Of a stretch of 64,000 nucleotides of DNA, positions 53,140 to 63,475 are shown one piece after another (the first letter of the stretch is position 1; each line of letters starts with the position of its first letter). A model generated the notes under the pieces. That model did not search any database. It worked only from the letters and a program-made list of their open reading frames with translations, and was not told the origin of the DNA. This DNA comes from an uncultured cyanobacterium (GTDB taxonomy: Bacteria; Cyanobacteriota; Cyanobacteriia; PCC-6307; Cyanobiaceae): positions 256,001-320,000 of the forward strand of contig CAVXWZ010000002.1 in assembly GCA_963765575.1 (NCBI GenBank). The letters run 5' to 3'. The translations under genes were made by a program, and so were the position numbers.

Positions 53140-54492
53140 ATGCCCATCGGCAAGTTGCTGATCGCCAACCGTGGCGAGATCGCCCTGCGCATCCTGCGCA
53201 GCTGTCGTGAACTGGGAATCCCCACCGTGGCGGTGTACAGCACGGTGGATCGCAACGCCCTGCACGTGCAGCTCGCCGATGAAACGGTGTGCGTGGGCGA
53301 GGCGCCCAGCTCCAAGAGCTACCTCAACATCCCCAACATCATGGCGGCCGCCACCTCCCGCGGCGCCGACGCCATCCATCCCGGCTACGGCTTCCTGGCG
53401 GAGAACGACAGGTTTGCCGAGATCTGCGCCGACCACGGGATCACCTTTGTGGGCCCCTCGCCCGAGGCGATCCGCTCGATGGGCGACAAGTCGACGGCCA
53501 AGGCCACGATGCAGCAGGTGGGCGTGCCCACCATCCCCGGCAGCGAGGGCCTGCTGGCTTCGGTGGGGGAGGCCCGGGAGCTGGCCGACCAGATGGGCTA
53601 CCCGGTGATGATCAAGGCCACCGCCGGCGGGGGCGGGCGCGGCATGCGCCTGGTGCCCCACCCCGACCAACTGGAGAGCCTGTTCAAGGCGGCCCAGGGG
53701 GAGGCGGAGGCGGCCTTCGGCAACCCGGGGCTGTACATGGAGAAATTCATCGACCGGCCCCGGCACGTGGAAGTGCAGGTGCTGGCCGATCGCCACGGCA
53801 ACGTGGTGCACCTGGGCGAGCGCGACTGCACGATCCAGCGCCGCCACCAGAAGCTGCTCGAGGAGGCGCCGAGTGTGGGGATCGACGCCGATCTGCGCCG
53901 CCAGATGGGCGAGGCTGCGGTGGCCGTGGCCCGGGCCATCAGCTACGAGGGCGCCGGCACCGTGGAGTTCCTGGTGGACCGCAGTGGCCACTTCTATTTC
54001 ATGGAGATGAACACCCGCATCCAGGTGGAACATCCGGTCACCGAGATGGTCACGGGGGTGGACCTGATCGCCGAGCAGCTGCGCATCGCCGGCGGCGAGC
54101 CGTTGTCCTTGAGGCAGGAGGAGGTCCGCCTCTGCGGCCATGCCATCGAGGTGCGCATCAACGCCGAAGATCCGCGCCAGAACTTCCGGCCCGCCCCCGG
54201 CAAGATCACCGGCTGGTTACCCCCCGGCGGCCCCGGCGTCCGCTTCGACAGCCACGTCTACACGGGCTATGAAATTCCCCCCTTCTACGACTCCCTGATC
54301 GGCAAGCTGATCGTGTGGGGGGTGGACCGCGACCACGCCCTGCGACGCCTGCACCGGGCCCTGTCCGAGTGCGCCGTGACCGGCATTCCCACCACCATCG
54401 ACTTCCATCTGCACCTGATCGAGCGGCCCGAGTTCCAGGCCGGCGACGTGCACACGAAGTATGTGGAGGAGGACATGCCGCCCATGACCTGA
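53140..54492 (+). CDS. accC: Acetyl-CoA carboxylase, biotin carboxylase subunit
   Basis: [26 protein letters not shown] and [10 protein letters not shown] motifs. Confidence 0.97.
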   Translation: MPIGKLLIANRGEIALRILRSCRELGIPTVAVYSTVDRNALHVQLADETVCVGEAPSSKSYLNIPNIMAAATSRGADAIHPGYGFLAENDRFAEICADHGITFVGPSPEAIRSMGDKSTAKATMQQVGVPTIPGSEGLLASVGEARELADQMGYPVMIKATAGGGGRGMRLVPHPDQLESLFKAAQGEAEAAFGNPGLYMEKFIDRPRHVEVQVLADRHGNVVHLGERDCTIQRRHQKLLEEAPSVGIDADLRRQMGEAAVAVARAISYEGAGTVEFLVDRSGHFYFMEMNTRIQVEHPVTEMVTGVDLIAEQLRIAGGEPLSLRQEEVRLCGHAIEVRINAEDPRQNFRPAPGKITGWLPPGGPGVRFDSHVYTGYEIPPFYDSLIGKLIVWGVDRDHALRRLHRALSECAVTGIPTTIDFHLHLIERPEFQAGDVHTKYVEEDMPPMT

Positions 54493-54518
54493 ACGGCCGG
54501 GCTGCCCGTCAGGCCGGC

Positions 54519-54839
54519 TCAGGCCAGCCCCTGAGCGCGCTGCAGCACCTGGGTCACCAGGCCCTGCTGCCCCACGAGCAATTCCCGCAGCAGGCTGATC
54601 AGCCCCACCCACACCACCGGCGTCACATCCACACCGCCGATGGGCTGGATCAGGCGGCGACTCGGCGCCAGCAGGGGCTCGGTGGGCCAGGCGATCAGGC
54701 GTGGCGCGCCCCGTTGCAGATCCACCTGCGGATACCAGGTGAGCACGATGCGGAACAGGAACAGCAGTGTCCACAGCGCCAACAGCACACCCAGCAGCAG
54801 GTGGATCCAGGCCAGGGGGGAGGTGGGCAGAGCCGTCAC
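54519..54839 (-). CDS. YggT family membrane protein
   Basis: RIVLTWYP...TEPLLAP.RRLIQPIGGVDVTP. Confidence 0.9.
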   Translation of the reverse strand: MTALPTSPLAWIHLLLGVLLALWTLLFLFRIVLTWYPQVDLQRGAPRLIAWPTEPLLAPSRRLIQPIGGVDVTPVVWVGLISLLRELLVGQQGLVTQVLQRAQGLA

Positions 54840-54930
54840 AAACCTCTAAGCATTCGTGCGCGCAGGGTAGGAAGCCGGGGCCCCTGCCTAGGATCACCGC
54901 CATCCATGAGCGTCCTCCAGCGGCCTCCCC

Positions 54931-55053
54931 ATGACCCCTTCCCTCGCCAACTTCCTGAGCAGCCTCGTGTGGGGCGCGGTGATCGTGGTGGTGCCGATCT
55001 CCATCGCCCTGGTGCTGATCAGCCAGACCGATCAGCTGGATCGCCGCAACTGA
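54931..55053 (+). CDS. psbX: Photosystem II protein PsbX
   Basis: Manual translation: [40 protein letters not shown] (40 aa, too short for the ORF track). Confidence 0.95.
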   Translation: MTPSLANFLSSLVWGAVIVVVPISIALVLISQTDQLDRRN

Positions 55054-55112
55054 TCGCCAAGCCCCCCGCAGGCGCTGCCTAGAGTGGCTGCACGTTCCGC
55101 AGGGGATCGGTC

Positions 55113-56060
55113 GTGGTTAATGCCAGTCTGAACTGGGCCAGCATCGTTGGCATCGTGCTGGCGGTGGGTGGAGCGCTGCTCTACTTCATGCGCAACTTCA
55201 AGCCGGCCCTGGCGCGCGATTACGACGTGTTTTTCGCCGCGGTGGGCCTGCTCTGCGGGGGCATCCTGTTCTTTCAGGGCTGGCGCCTGGATCCGATCCT
55301 GCAGTTCGGCCAGTTTCTGCTGGCCGGCACCACCGTGTTCTTCGCCTACGAGAGCGTGCGTCTGCGCGGGGTGACCACCGAGCAGGCTCGCCGCTCCGCC
55401 TACTTCGACGACGATGAGCCGCTGCCGGCCCCGCCCCCCTACCGCCCGCGCGTGGGCGGCGGCAGTTGGGAGGGCGACGAGCCCGATCGCCTCGAGGAGC
55501 CCCAGCCCCTGCGCCGTCGCATTCCCACCCGGGGCTCCGTCGAGGAGGAGGACGACTTCTACCGCCCCCGCCGCCCCAGTCGCGCGGCCATCCCCGAACG
55601 GGCCGCCAGTCGCCGCCCCGGTGAGACCAGGGCCTCCGCCCCTGCCGGCTGGGACGACAGCGCCCGCGATTCCGCTCCTCCGTCGCCGCGCTACAGCGCT
55701 GGCCGGGCGAGCGGTCCCCCCGATTTCGGCGCCCGCCGCCGCGACCGCGCCGGCCAGGGCGAGGTGCGGCGGGGCAGCAGGCCCGTGGCCGCGGGCGACG
55801 CCATGCCCCGCTCCAGCCGCCGTGGCGGTGCCCCTGAGGAGGCCCCCGGTCCATCGCCAGCAGCGGCCGCCGCCAGGCCTGGCGTTCCCCAGGGATCGCC
55901 GATCCGCTCCCGCGCTGCCGAGGCCGGTGGCGTCAGCGACGCCGACTACACCCCGGTGAGCCGCAGCCAGGGCCAACAGGCACCGGCTTCCGGCTCTGGC
56001 GGCGCCCCTGCCCAGCGCTCCAGCAGCAGCCGCGACAATTCCTCCCGTTTCGACGACTGA
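55113..56060 (+). CDS. ycf66: Ycf66 family protein
   Basis: LARDYDVFF...ILFFQGWRLDPILQFGQFLL...YESVRLR followed by a long disordered tail. Confidence 0.9.
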   Translation: MVNASLNWASIVGIVLAVGGALLYFMRNFKPALARDYDVFFAAVGLLCGGILFFQGWRLDPILQFGQFLLAGTTVFFAYESVRLRGVTTEQARRSAYFDDDEPLPAPPPYRPRVGGGSWEGDEPDRLEEPQPLRRRIPTRGSVEEEDDFYRPRRPSRAAIPERAASRRPGETRASAPAGWDDSARDSAPPSPRYSAGRASGPPDFGARRRDRAGQGEVRRGSRPVAAGDAMPRSSRRGGAPEEAPGPSPAAAAARPGVPQGSPIRSRAAEAGGVSDADYTPVSRSQGQQAPASGSGGAPAQRSSSSRDNSSRFDD

Positions 56061-56104
56061 TCGGCATGGACGGCGTTGACGCCTGAGTTGGGCCCAGTGG
56101 CCTG

Positions 56105-56653
56105 ATGGCGGCACGGCAGGTCGGGGCGACAGCAGCTTTTGTGCTCCTGGTGTTGGGCTTGTTAGCGGGCTGCGCCTCCGGACCTGGCCGCCAGGTGCGG
56201 GGCGGGGCTCCGGGGGGCGGCAATCGACTGGATCCGGCCCTCAGCGGCGACGGCCGCCTGCTGACCTCCGTGCAGGAGCAGGACGGGGAAAGCCGCTTGA
56301 TCCTGCAGCAGCTCCCCGACGGCGGCCGTCGGCCCCTGCGGCTGCGGCGCCGCCGGCCCCACAGCTCCCCCAGCCTGAGCTGGAATGGCCGCTACCTGGC
56401 CGTGCTGGTGCAGGAGGGCCCCCAGCGCCGGGTGGTGATTGAGGATCGCCTGCGCGGCCGCCTGCTGCGGCTGCCCCTGCCCCCCGGCAGCCAGCCCGAG
56501 CGCCTCAGCCTGGCGAGCGATGGCTCACGCCTGGCGGTGGAGCTGCTGCGCAACGGCCGCCGCGGGGTGGAGCTGTTTGATCTGCGCGGCCTGCTGGAGC
56601 CGGATCTGCCCCCTGGCCGGGTGGTGCTCGGCGGCGGAGCCGGCCAGCCATGA
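56105..56653 (+). CDS. Short TolB-like (PD40/WD40-like repeat) lipoprotein
   Basis: Lipobox LAGC; PALSGDGR, PSLSWNGR and LSLASDGS repeats. Confidence 0.78.
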   Translation: MAARQVGATAAFVLLVLGLLAGCASGPGRQVRGGAPGGGNRLDPALSGDGRLLTSVQEQDGESRLILQQLPDGGRRPLRLRRRRPHSSPSLSWNGRYLAVLVQEGPQRRVVIEDRLRGRLLRLPLPPGSQPERLSLASDGSRLAVELLRNGRRGVELFDLRGLLEPDLPPGRVVLGGGAGQP

Positions 56654-57153
56654 GTCGCACCTGCGCCACCATCCGCCCCTGGCTTGGGCTGCTCAGCGCC
56701 GCGCTGCTGCTCGGGGGCAGTGGCTGCGGCGGCACCCGACCCCGGCCCCTGGTGTCCCTCAACCGGCAGCTGGCGCTGGAGGAGAGCGGCAGGGAGCCAG
56801 CCCTGGCCGGCCGCTGGCTGGCCCTGATCAGCGCGCGCCAGGGCCGGGATCGGGTGCTGCTGGTGGATGTGGAGCGGGGTGGGCAGCTACCGCTGCCGGG
56901 CCTCAACCGTCCCGATGCCCAGCCCCTGAGTGTGTCGATCGACGCGAGCGGGGAACGGCTGGCCGTGGTGCGGCAGGTGGGAGATCGCACCGAACTTGTG
57001 CTCTATCGGCGCTCCCAGGGGAGCCTGCGGCGGCTGCCGATCAACCCGGCCGGGGTGCCCGGGCGGGTGCAGCTGCGCGCTGACGGCCGCCAGCTGGCCG
57101 TGGAGGTGAGCCGCAACGGGGTCGGGCAGATCGACCTGATCAACCTGCCCTGA
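56650..57153 (+). CDS. Second short TolB-like lipoprotein
   Basis: GSGC lipobox-like motif; EPALAGR, SIDASGER and LRADGR repeats; ATGA-coupled to the previous gene. Confidence 0.75.
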   Translation: MSRTCATIRPWLGLLSAALLLGGSGCGGTRPRPLVSLNRQLALEESGREPALAGRWLALISARQGRDRVLLVDVERGGQLPLPGLNRPDAQPLSVSIDASGERLAVVRQVGDRTELVLYRRSQGSLRRLPINPAGVPGRVQLRADGRQLAVEVSRNGVGQIDLINLP

Positions 57154-57156
57154 GCC

Positions 57157-57366
57157 TCACGGAACCAGCCCGGCCCAGCGCAGAAAGGTCTCGCCACTGA
57201 GGGCCTCGATCAGCAGTACGGCCGTGAACCCCACCATGGCGAAGCGTCCATTCACCCGTTCGGCGTAGGCACTCCAGCCGAAGGCGGGCACATCAGCGGT
57301 GGTGGCGCTGGTGGAGCTCAGCTCGGCCTCGGGGGAAGCGGCAGTGGAGGGCATGGGATCAGACAT
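57157..57366 (-). CDS. hli: High-light-inducible protein (HLIP)
   Basis: FGWSAYAERVNGRFAMVGF motif. Start is 57366 or 57354. Confidence 0.9.
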   Translation of the reverse strand: MSDPMPSTAASPEAELSSTSATTADVPAFGWSAYAERVNGRFAMVGFTAVLLIEALSGETFLRWAGLVP

Positions 57367-59347
57367 CGGCGCCGAAGACATAGCCGTCGGCCGGCAACAA
57401 CCGCCAGTGTCCCGCACCGTCGAGCTCCAGCACCGTGTTGTGGAACTCGGTGAGCGTGGGGCGGTGGCCCACACTCACAAAGGCGATGTCCCGTTGGCGC
57501 AACAGATCGTAGAGGTGGCGCTCTGTGGCCACATCGAGGGCACTGGTGGCCTCGTCGAGCACGACGATGCAGGGGGCGTTGAGCAACAGCCGCGCGAAGG
57601 CCAGGCGCTGTTGCTCCCCCAGCGAGAGCAGGCGGGGCCAGTCTTCCTTGATGCCGAGATCGGGGTAGCGGTCCACCAACTCCGGCAAACGCACCTCGCG
57701 CAGCACATGGCGGAGCTGTTCGTCACTGAAGCGGTCAGGCTGCAGGGGATAGCAGAGCTGCTCGCGCAGGCTGCCGAGCAGCATGTAGGGCTTCTGGGGG
57801 ATGAACAGCAGGTCGCCTTCGCTGGGCCGACGCACCTCCCCGGCGGCCGGGGGCCACAGGCCACTCACCAGCCGCAGGAAGGAGGTCTTGCCACAGCCCG
57901 AGGGTCCCACCACCAGCAGACGCTGATCCCGATCCACCTCCAGGCTGAGGTCGTGCACCAGCACGCGCTGGCTGCGGGGCGGCACCAGATCCACATGGCT
58001 CAGGTGGATGGAGTCGGAAGGCTCGGCGGGCAGGGACGCATTGCGACCGTTCTGCTGGGCGGCCTCGATGGAGATGGCATCCACCTTGCCCTGGAAGCCC
58101 TCCAGGCGGCTGATGGAGGCCGAGAAGGCTGCCAAGCGGTCGATGTTGTTGACGATGTAGCTCACCGAGAACAGCACCTGGGAGAAGGCGATGCTGGCCT
58201 GACCGAAGACCCCAAAATCCACCTCGCGGGCGAAGTAGATCGGTGCAATCACCAGCCACGGCAGGAAGCGGGAGAAATAATCGTAGGAGCGCTGAATCAC
58301 ACTGATCATCGCCTCCCAGATGATCAGGCGGTTGTAATTTTCGATCGCGCCGTCCAGCCGCCGCACCGCCTCCCGCGACTCCTGCTTCTCGCCCCGGTAG
58401 AAAGCAATCGATTCAGCATTGTCACGGATGTGAACGAGACCGTAACGGAAGTTGGCCTCCAGCTTGAGCTGCTCGTAGTTCAGCTTCACCAGCTTGCGAC
58501 TGGCAAACACGATCAGTGCGGTGCCACCCACCGAATAAACCAGTAGCAACAGAGCAAGCCGGGAGCTGATGCTCCACAGCACGATAATGAAGCTGAAGAA
58601 GGTGAGCAGTGCCGACAGGATCTCAACGGTGACAGTGAGGCTGAAGCCGGTGAAGCTGGCGGCGTCTTGGGAGATGCGCTGGTCGGGGTTGTCGATGTCC
58701 TCAGCTGATTCGTCGTTGGGATTGAGGATGTAATAGGCCCGGTTGCTGAGGTAGCGCCCGAGCAGGCGACCGCTGAGCCATTCGCGCCACAGCAGGCCGA
58801 GTTTGGGAATCAGATAACTCTGCAGGGCCCGGATCGGCAAGGCCAGCACCAGACAGAAGGCATAGATCCCAACGATCTTCCAGAAGCCGTCCTGGTCGAA
58901 CGCCACCAGGGAGTTGTCAACATTGCGGGCGATGAAACTGATGCCCACATTGATGCCGTTGATCACCAGGATCAGCAGCAGAATCACCCCCAGAATGGTC
59001 CAGGGCACCCAGCGACCCTGGCGCAACTTGCCCCGCATGGCCGCAAAACTGCCCAGGCCCGCCGCCATCAGCCCCATCACCACCACCCCCCAGGGGCCGC
59101 TCCAGAGGGCTGCCACCTGCTCCGGCACGCCGGGGAGGAAGCGACCACGCAGTTCCGGGATCAGGGCACCACTGAGGGCCACCACAGCGGTGAGCAGCAG
59201 CAGGGTCGCACCCACCACCACCGTCACAAGGGCGGCCACCAGCAACGGGAACTGCCACACCCTGGTGTCTTCCACCGGCAGGAAATAGGGCTGGGCCAGG
59301 CGCTGCAGCTTGCTCAGCTGGCTGCGGAGGGCCTTGAGGGGATTCAT
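57359..59347 (-). CDS. ABC transporter, fused permease/ATPase (YddA/ABCD-like)
   Basis: DNPDQRI, EANFRYGL..IRDNAESIAFY, GPSGCGKTS, LSLGEQQR and LDEATSALD motifs. Confidence 0.92.
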   Translation of the reverse strand: MNPLKALRSQLSKLQRLAQPYFLPVEDTRVWQFPLLVAALVTVVVGATLLLLTAVVALSGALIPELRGRFLPGVPEQVAALWSGPWGVVVMGLMAAGLGSFAAMRGKLRQGRWVPWTILGVILLLILVINGINVGISFIARNVDNSLVAFDQDGFWKIVGIYAFCLVLALPIRALQSYLIPKLGLLWREWLSGRLLGRYLSNRAYYILNPNDESAEDIDNPDQRISQDAASFTGFSLTVTVEILSALLTFFSFIIVLWSISSRLALLLLVYSVGGTALIVFASRKLVKLNYEQLKLEANFRYGLVHIRDNAESIAFYRGEKQESREAVRRLDGAIENYNRLIIWEAMISVIQRSYDYFSRFLPWLVIAPIYFAREVDFGVFGQASIAFSQVLFSVSYIVNNIDRLAAFSASISRLEGFQGKVDAISIEAAQQNGRNASLPAEPSDSIHLSHVDLVPPRSQRVLVHDLSLEVDRDQRLLVVGPSGCGKTSFLRLVSGLWPPAAGEVRRPSEGDLLFIPQKPYMLLGSLREQLCYPLQPDRFSDEQLRHVLREVRLPELVDRYPDLGIKEDWPRLLSLGEQQRLAFARLLLNAPCIVVLDEATSALDVATERHLYDLLRQRDIAFVSVGHRPTLTEFHNTVLELDGAGHWRLLPADGYVFGADV

Positions 59348-59413
59348 GGGGCAGATCTGTTAACGCCCATTCTCACCACCGCGGCGGACCCGCCGTGCCG
59401 GCCGGCCAGCCAC

Positions 59414-59779
59414 TCAACCCGGCGGCCAGGCCAGGGGGCGGCCGCCGATCAGGTGCACGTGCAGGTGAAACACGGTCTGGCCGGCCTCGGCACCGGAGTT
59501 GATCACGGTGCGGAAGCCGCTGAGACCCTGCTCCCGCGCCACCCGGGCCGCCACCAGCAGCAGATGGCCCAGCAGCGGGGCCTGCTCGGGGCCGGCCGCA
59601 TCGAGGCGGGTGATCGGTTCACGGGGAATGATCAGCACGTGCACCGGTGCCTGGGGCGCCACATCCCGGAAGGCCAGGCAGTGCGCATCGGCATACACCT
59701 GGTCGCAGGGGATCTCACCCCGCAGGATGCGCCCGAAGATCGTGTCGTTGGGGACCTGGGGCTGGTCGGGGGCTGCCAT
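59414..59779 (-). CDS. Histidine triad nucleotide-binding protein (HinT-like)
   Basis: DTIFGRI, AFRDVAPQAPVH and GQTVFHLHVHLIGG motifs. Confidence 0.93.
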   Translation of the reverse strand: MAAPDQPQVPNDTIFGRILRGEIPCDQVYADAHCLAFRDVAPQAPVHVLIIPREPITRLDAAGPEQAPLLGHLLLVAARVAREQGLSGFRTVINSGAEAGQTVFHLHVHLIGGRPLAWPPG

Positions 59780-59844
59780 GGCGGCCGGGGGCAAGCGCTC
59801 TGAGGTGACGGGGGTGGCACTGGTGGAGCAGCGACCCAAAGCCG

Positions 59845-61392
59845 ATGTTGGCACGATGCAGCAGCGCTGCCCTGCTGGGGCTGGAGGCCCTCACGGTCAC
59901 CGTGGAGGTGGATCTGGGGCCCGGGCTGCCCGCCCTGCAGATGGTGGGCCTGGCCGGTGCTTCGGTGCAGGAGGCCCGCGAACGGGTGCGTTCGGCCCTG
60001 CGCCACAGCGGCTTCCGCGTGCCCCTGGGCCGCGTGGTGGTGAACCTGGCCCCCGCCGACCTGCGCAAGGAGGGCCCGGGCTTCGATCTGCCGGTGGCGC
60101 TGGGGTTGCTGATGGCCAGCGGCCAGCTGCCAGCTGAAGCCCTGCGGGGGGTGTGGAGCAGCGGTGAGCTGTGCCTCGATGGCCAGCTGCGCCCCGTGCG
60201 CGGGGTGCTGGCGGTGGCCTTGCGGGCCAGGGCCGAGGGGGCGCGGGCCCTGCTGGTGCCCGAGGCCAACGCCGCCGAGGCCGCCCTCGTGGAGGGTCTG
60301 GCGATCTGGGGGGTGGCGGATCTGGCGGCCGCCGTGGAGCAGCTGCGGCAACCGCATCACTTGCCTTACCAGGCCAGTCGCGCCGTCGAGGGCGCCAGCC
60401 AGGAGCGCAGCGGGCCCGATCTGGCGGATGTGCACGGCCAGCCCCATGGCCGCCGCGCCCTGGAGATCGCCGCGGCCGGAGGCCATCACCTGCTGCTGGT
60501 GGGGCCTCCCGGCAGCGGCAAGACGATGCTGGCCCGGCGCCTGGCGGGGCTATTGCCGCCGTTGCGCCGGCAGCAGGCCCTGGAACTCACCCGTATCCAC
60601 TCGGTGGCGGGGCTGCTGGGGGCGGGGGCAGGACTGATTGCCGAGCGGCCCTTCCGCTCACCCCACCACAGCTGCTCGGGGGCGGCGCTGATCGGCGGCG
60701 GCGCCATTCCCAGGCCGGGCGAACTGGCCCTGGCCCATCACGGCGTGCTGTTCCTCGATGAGCTCACTGAGTTCCGCAGCGGCGTGCTCGACCTGCTGCG
60801 CCAACCCCTGGAGGAGGGCGAGATCTGCATCCACCGGTGCCGTCAGCGCAGCCGCTTCCCCTGCGCCATCACCCTGGTCGGGGCCTCCAATCCCTGCGCC
60901 TGCGGCTGGTACGGCGACCCGCAACGGGACTGCCGCTGCAGCGAGGGCGAACGGCGGCGCTACTGGGGCCGCTTGTCCGGACCGCTGCTCGATCGCATCG
61001 ATCTGCAGGTGGTGATGCGGCGCCCCGAGGCCTCGGCCCTTGCCGCCCCCTACCGCCCGGGCAGCGCCGGGACAGCGGGCCTGGAAACCAGCACCCAGGT
61101 GGCCGAGCGGGTGATGGCCGCCCATCGACGCATGGAGCAGCGCAACCCCGGCGGCATCAGCAATGCCCGCCTCGCCAGCGGCGGGCTCCAACAGGTGCTC
61201 CACCTCGAGCCATCAGCCCTGGATCTGTGGGAGCAGGCGATCGGCCAGCGCAGGCTCACGGCCAGGGCAGGCGAGCGGCTGCTGCGGGTGGCGCGCACCA
61301 TCAGCGACCTCGACAACAGCGCCGGGATAAGCACAGCGGCTGTGGCCGAAGCGCTCACTTACCGCAGTTTCGACTCCCTGGACCAGGGCTGA
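59845..61392 (+). CDS. comM: YifB/ComM family Mg-chelatase-like AAA+ ATPase
   Basis: VNLAPADLRKEG, GPPGSGKTMLA, PFRSPHH, LFLDE and SGPLLDRID motifs. Confidence 0.92.
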   Translation: MLARCSSAALLGLEALTVTVEVDLGPGLPALQMVGLAGASVQEARERVRSALRHSGFRVPLGRVVVNLAPADLRKEGPGFDLPVALGLLMASGQLPAEALRGVWSSGELCLDGQLRPVRGVLAVALRARAEGARALLVPEANAAEAALVEGLAIWGVADLAAAVEQLRQPHHLPYQASRAVEGASQERSGPDLADVHGQPHGRRALEIAAAGGHHLLLVGPPGSGKTMLARRLAGLLPPLRRQQALELTRIHSVAGLLGAGAGLIAERPFRSPHHSCSGAALIGGGAIPRPGELALAHHGVLFLDELTEFRSGVLDLLRQPLEEGEICIHRCRQRSRFPCAITLVGASNPCACGWYGDPQRDCRCSEGERRRYWGRLSGPLLDRIDLQVVMRRPEASALAAPYRPGSAGTAGLETSTQVAERVMAAHRRMEQRNPGGISNARLASGGLQQVLHLEPSALDLWEQAIGQRRLTARAGERLLRVARTISDLDNSAGISTAAVAEALTYRSFDSLDQG

Positions 61393-61426
61393 GCCAAGCA
61401 GCGGCACTCAGCCGGGGAGGTGGGCT

Positions 61427-61597
61427 TCAGCGACGACGGCGGCGCTGCTGGGCCTTGCGCTTGTACTTCTCGGTGGGGGTTTCGTGGTGCCGCAGCCGCT
61501 TGAGGTCGGCAAAGATGCCGGCCCTGGACACCTGGCGCTTGAAGCGGCGCAGGGCCGACTCGATGCCTTCGTTTTCGCCAACGGTGACCTGGGTCAT
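61427..61597 (-). CDS. rpsU: 30S ribosomal protein S21
   Basis: Manual translation: [56 protein letters not shown]. Confidence 0.96.
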   Translation of the reverse strand: MTQVTVGENEGIESALRRFKRQVSRAGIFADLKRLRHHETPTEKYKRKAQQRRRRR

Positions 61598-61612
61598 GAA
61601 GCTGGGTTCATC

Positions 61613-62487
61613 TCACGGAGCTTGCCAAGCTAGCAACCGGGCTTGCCTTGTCCTCAGAGGCCCGTGGGATCGGGAGCGTTGATCAGGCCGTCGCTGCCCA
61701 GCTGGCACCTCCAGTTCCACGGGGGTCTCCTCTGCTCAGTGCAGCCGGCGCCCCAAGCCGGCCTCCACCTCGTTGGGGTCAGCTCCGACCTCTACCTCTT
61801 CAAGCTCGATCTCTCAAGCTCCGCCTCTTCGAGACTCCAGCGCCTCGAGCTCGGGATCCAGGAGCTCTGGGTCCGCCTCCAGGTCGCGTGCCGGCGATCG
61901 GGGCGTTCCCCACTGGCCAGCTGTCGCGGTAAAGGTACACGTGGCCGAGGTTGCGACCGTTGTAGGCGCGGCGCTTGAGCTGCCAGCCGGGCTCCAGCAC
62001 CAGCTTGAGGAAATCCGTCCCCGGGCCGTTGGTGCGGGCCACCACCATCTCCGGGCCGATGCCGGAGCGGGTGGGCACCGCCAGCAGCATGTTGTCGTCG
62101 GCATAGCGCACCACACTCAGGCGGTAGCCGGGTGCCAGATCAGATTCGCCGATGCGCAGCGAGTAGCCATTGGCATCGAGATAGCGGCCGCAGATGCCGG
62201 TGAAGTCGAAGGTCGCCAGCAGCGGCTCCACCGCAGCCGGGGCGCCGCCATTGATGGCGAAGCAGGGGCGGCGATCGTTGAGCTGCTCATAGATGTTGAG
62301 CTGGGCGCGGGTGCCGTTGCCGATCGGGGCCGCCACCACCGCGAAGCGCTGGGGGTCGAGCTCGACGCTCTGGAACAGCGACTGCGCCCGAGCCACGTGG
62401 GCCGCTCGGAGCAGCGGCCAGGGCGGACACGCCCAGGGCGGCCAGGGCACCGGCCAAGGGGGTGCGGAGCAGCGCGAGGCAGGACAT
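61613..62487 (-). pseudogene. DUF3747-like secreted protein gene, apparently frameshifted (pseudogene or sequencing error)
   Basis: The signal peptide (from ATG 62487) is in one frame, the domain (QSLFQSVELDPQRFAVVAAP...FDFTGICGRYLDANGYSLR...LGHVY) in a second, and an acidic tail in the third frame with TGA at 61814 and 61736. Confidence 0.65.
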
Positions 62488-62597
62488 GGAGAGAGCGAGG
62501 AATCCTGGCAGGAGGCGATGGTAGGCAACCTTCCCTGACTCACCAGGGGGGCAGCGCTGCGTGGTCAGAGCATGGCGTCAGGGGAGGGACATCGCCC

Positions 62598-62795
62598 TCA
62601 GGCCGGCCTGTTGATGCGGATCGCCAGCAGCAACGTGGCCACGGTGCCGGGCAGGCTGAGCGCCAGGATCCAGCGGGTGGTGCCCAGACCCAGATCCGGA
62701 TCGCCATAGGCGAGCTCAAACACACAGCCGGTGGCGGCAATGCCGAGCACGCAGGCCAGGGCCAGGAGCAGCCCGGCCAGGGGTTTCATCGGCAT
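62598..62795 (-). CDS. Small two-TM hypothetical protein
   Basis: GCVFELAYGDPDLG loop between two hydrophobic helices; lies directly downstream of def. Confidence 0.7.
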   Translation of the reverse strand: MPMKPLAGLLLALACVLGIAATGCVFELAYGDPDLGLGTTRWILALSLPGTVATLLLAIRINRPA

Positions 62796-62802
62796 GGCCG
62801 GC

Positions 62803-63408
62803 TCAGCGGATGGACTGGACGTCGACGCGCTGGAAGCCGTGCTCCTGCAGCTCGGCGTTGAGGCTCAGCTCGTCGGTGACCCGATCCACGAACAACACGC
62901 CGTTGAGGTGGTCCATCTCGTGCTGGATGCAGCGGCCGAGCAGACCATCGGCCTTCATACGCCGGGGCCGGCCCATCTCGTCGCGGTATTGCAGCTCGAC
63001 CGTGGAGGGGCGCACCACGTTGAGGTAGACGCCGGGAATACTCAGGCAGCCTTCCTCATAGGTCTCGAGGCCGGAACCAAAGGAGCGGATCTCGGGGTTG
63101 ATCAGCACCAGGGGCGGGTTGGCGGCGTTGTCGGGATCGAGATCGAGCACCAGCAGCTGCTTGTGCACACCCACCTGGGGAGCAGCCAGACCAATGCCCT
63201 TGGAGCTGTACATGCTGCGCAGCATGTTGCGGGCCAGATCCCGCACCGATTCATCAACTTTGCCGATGCGCTTGGCGGCGGTGCGCAGCACCCGATCTCC
63301 CAGGGTGTGGATCGGCAGCGGCGGCTCGGCCAGCGCCTCCTTGGGCACCTGCACACTGCGGCCGGGTTGCTCCGCCGAGCGGGCCATCTGGGCGAAGCTG
63401 CGTGCCAA
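62803..63408 (-). CDS. def: Peptide deformylase
   Basis: GIGLAAPQVG, EGCLS and QHEMDHLNG motifs. Confidence 0.97.
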   Translation of the reverse strand: MARSFAQMARSAEQPGRSVQVPKEALAEPPLPIHTLGDRVLRTAAKRIGKVDESVRDLARNMLRSMYSSKGIGLAAPQVGVHKQLLVLDLDPDNAANPPLVLINPEIRSFGSGLETYEEGCLSIPGVYLNVVRPSTVELQYRDEMGRPRRMKADGLLGRCIQHEMDHLNGVLFVDRVTDELSLNAELQEHGFQRVDVQSIR

Positions 63409-63475
63409 ATCCCTGACTGCTGGTGTTGTGTCAGTTTAAGGCGACTCCATTGAGAAGCGGGTCGCGGCCTCCCCC

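Noticed and set aside
58300..58950. Lower-GC stretch inside the ABC permease
   Set aside because: Largely explained by Ile/Phe/Tyr-rich transmembrane segments; the reading frame is intact.
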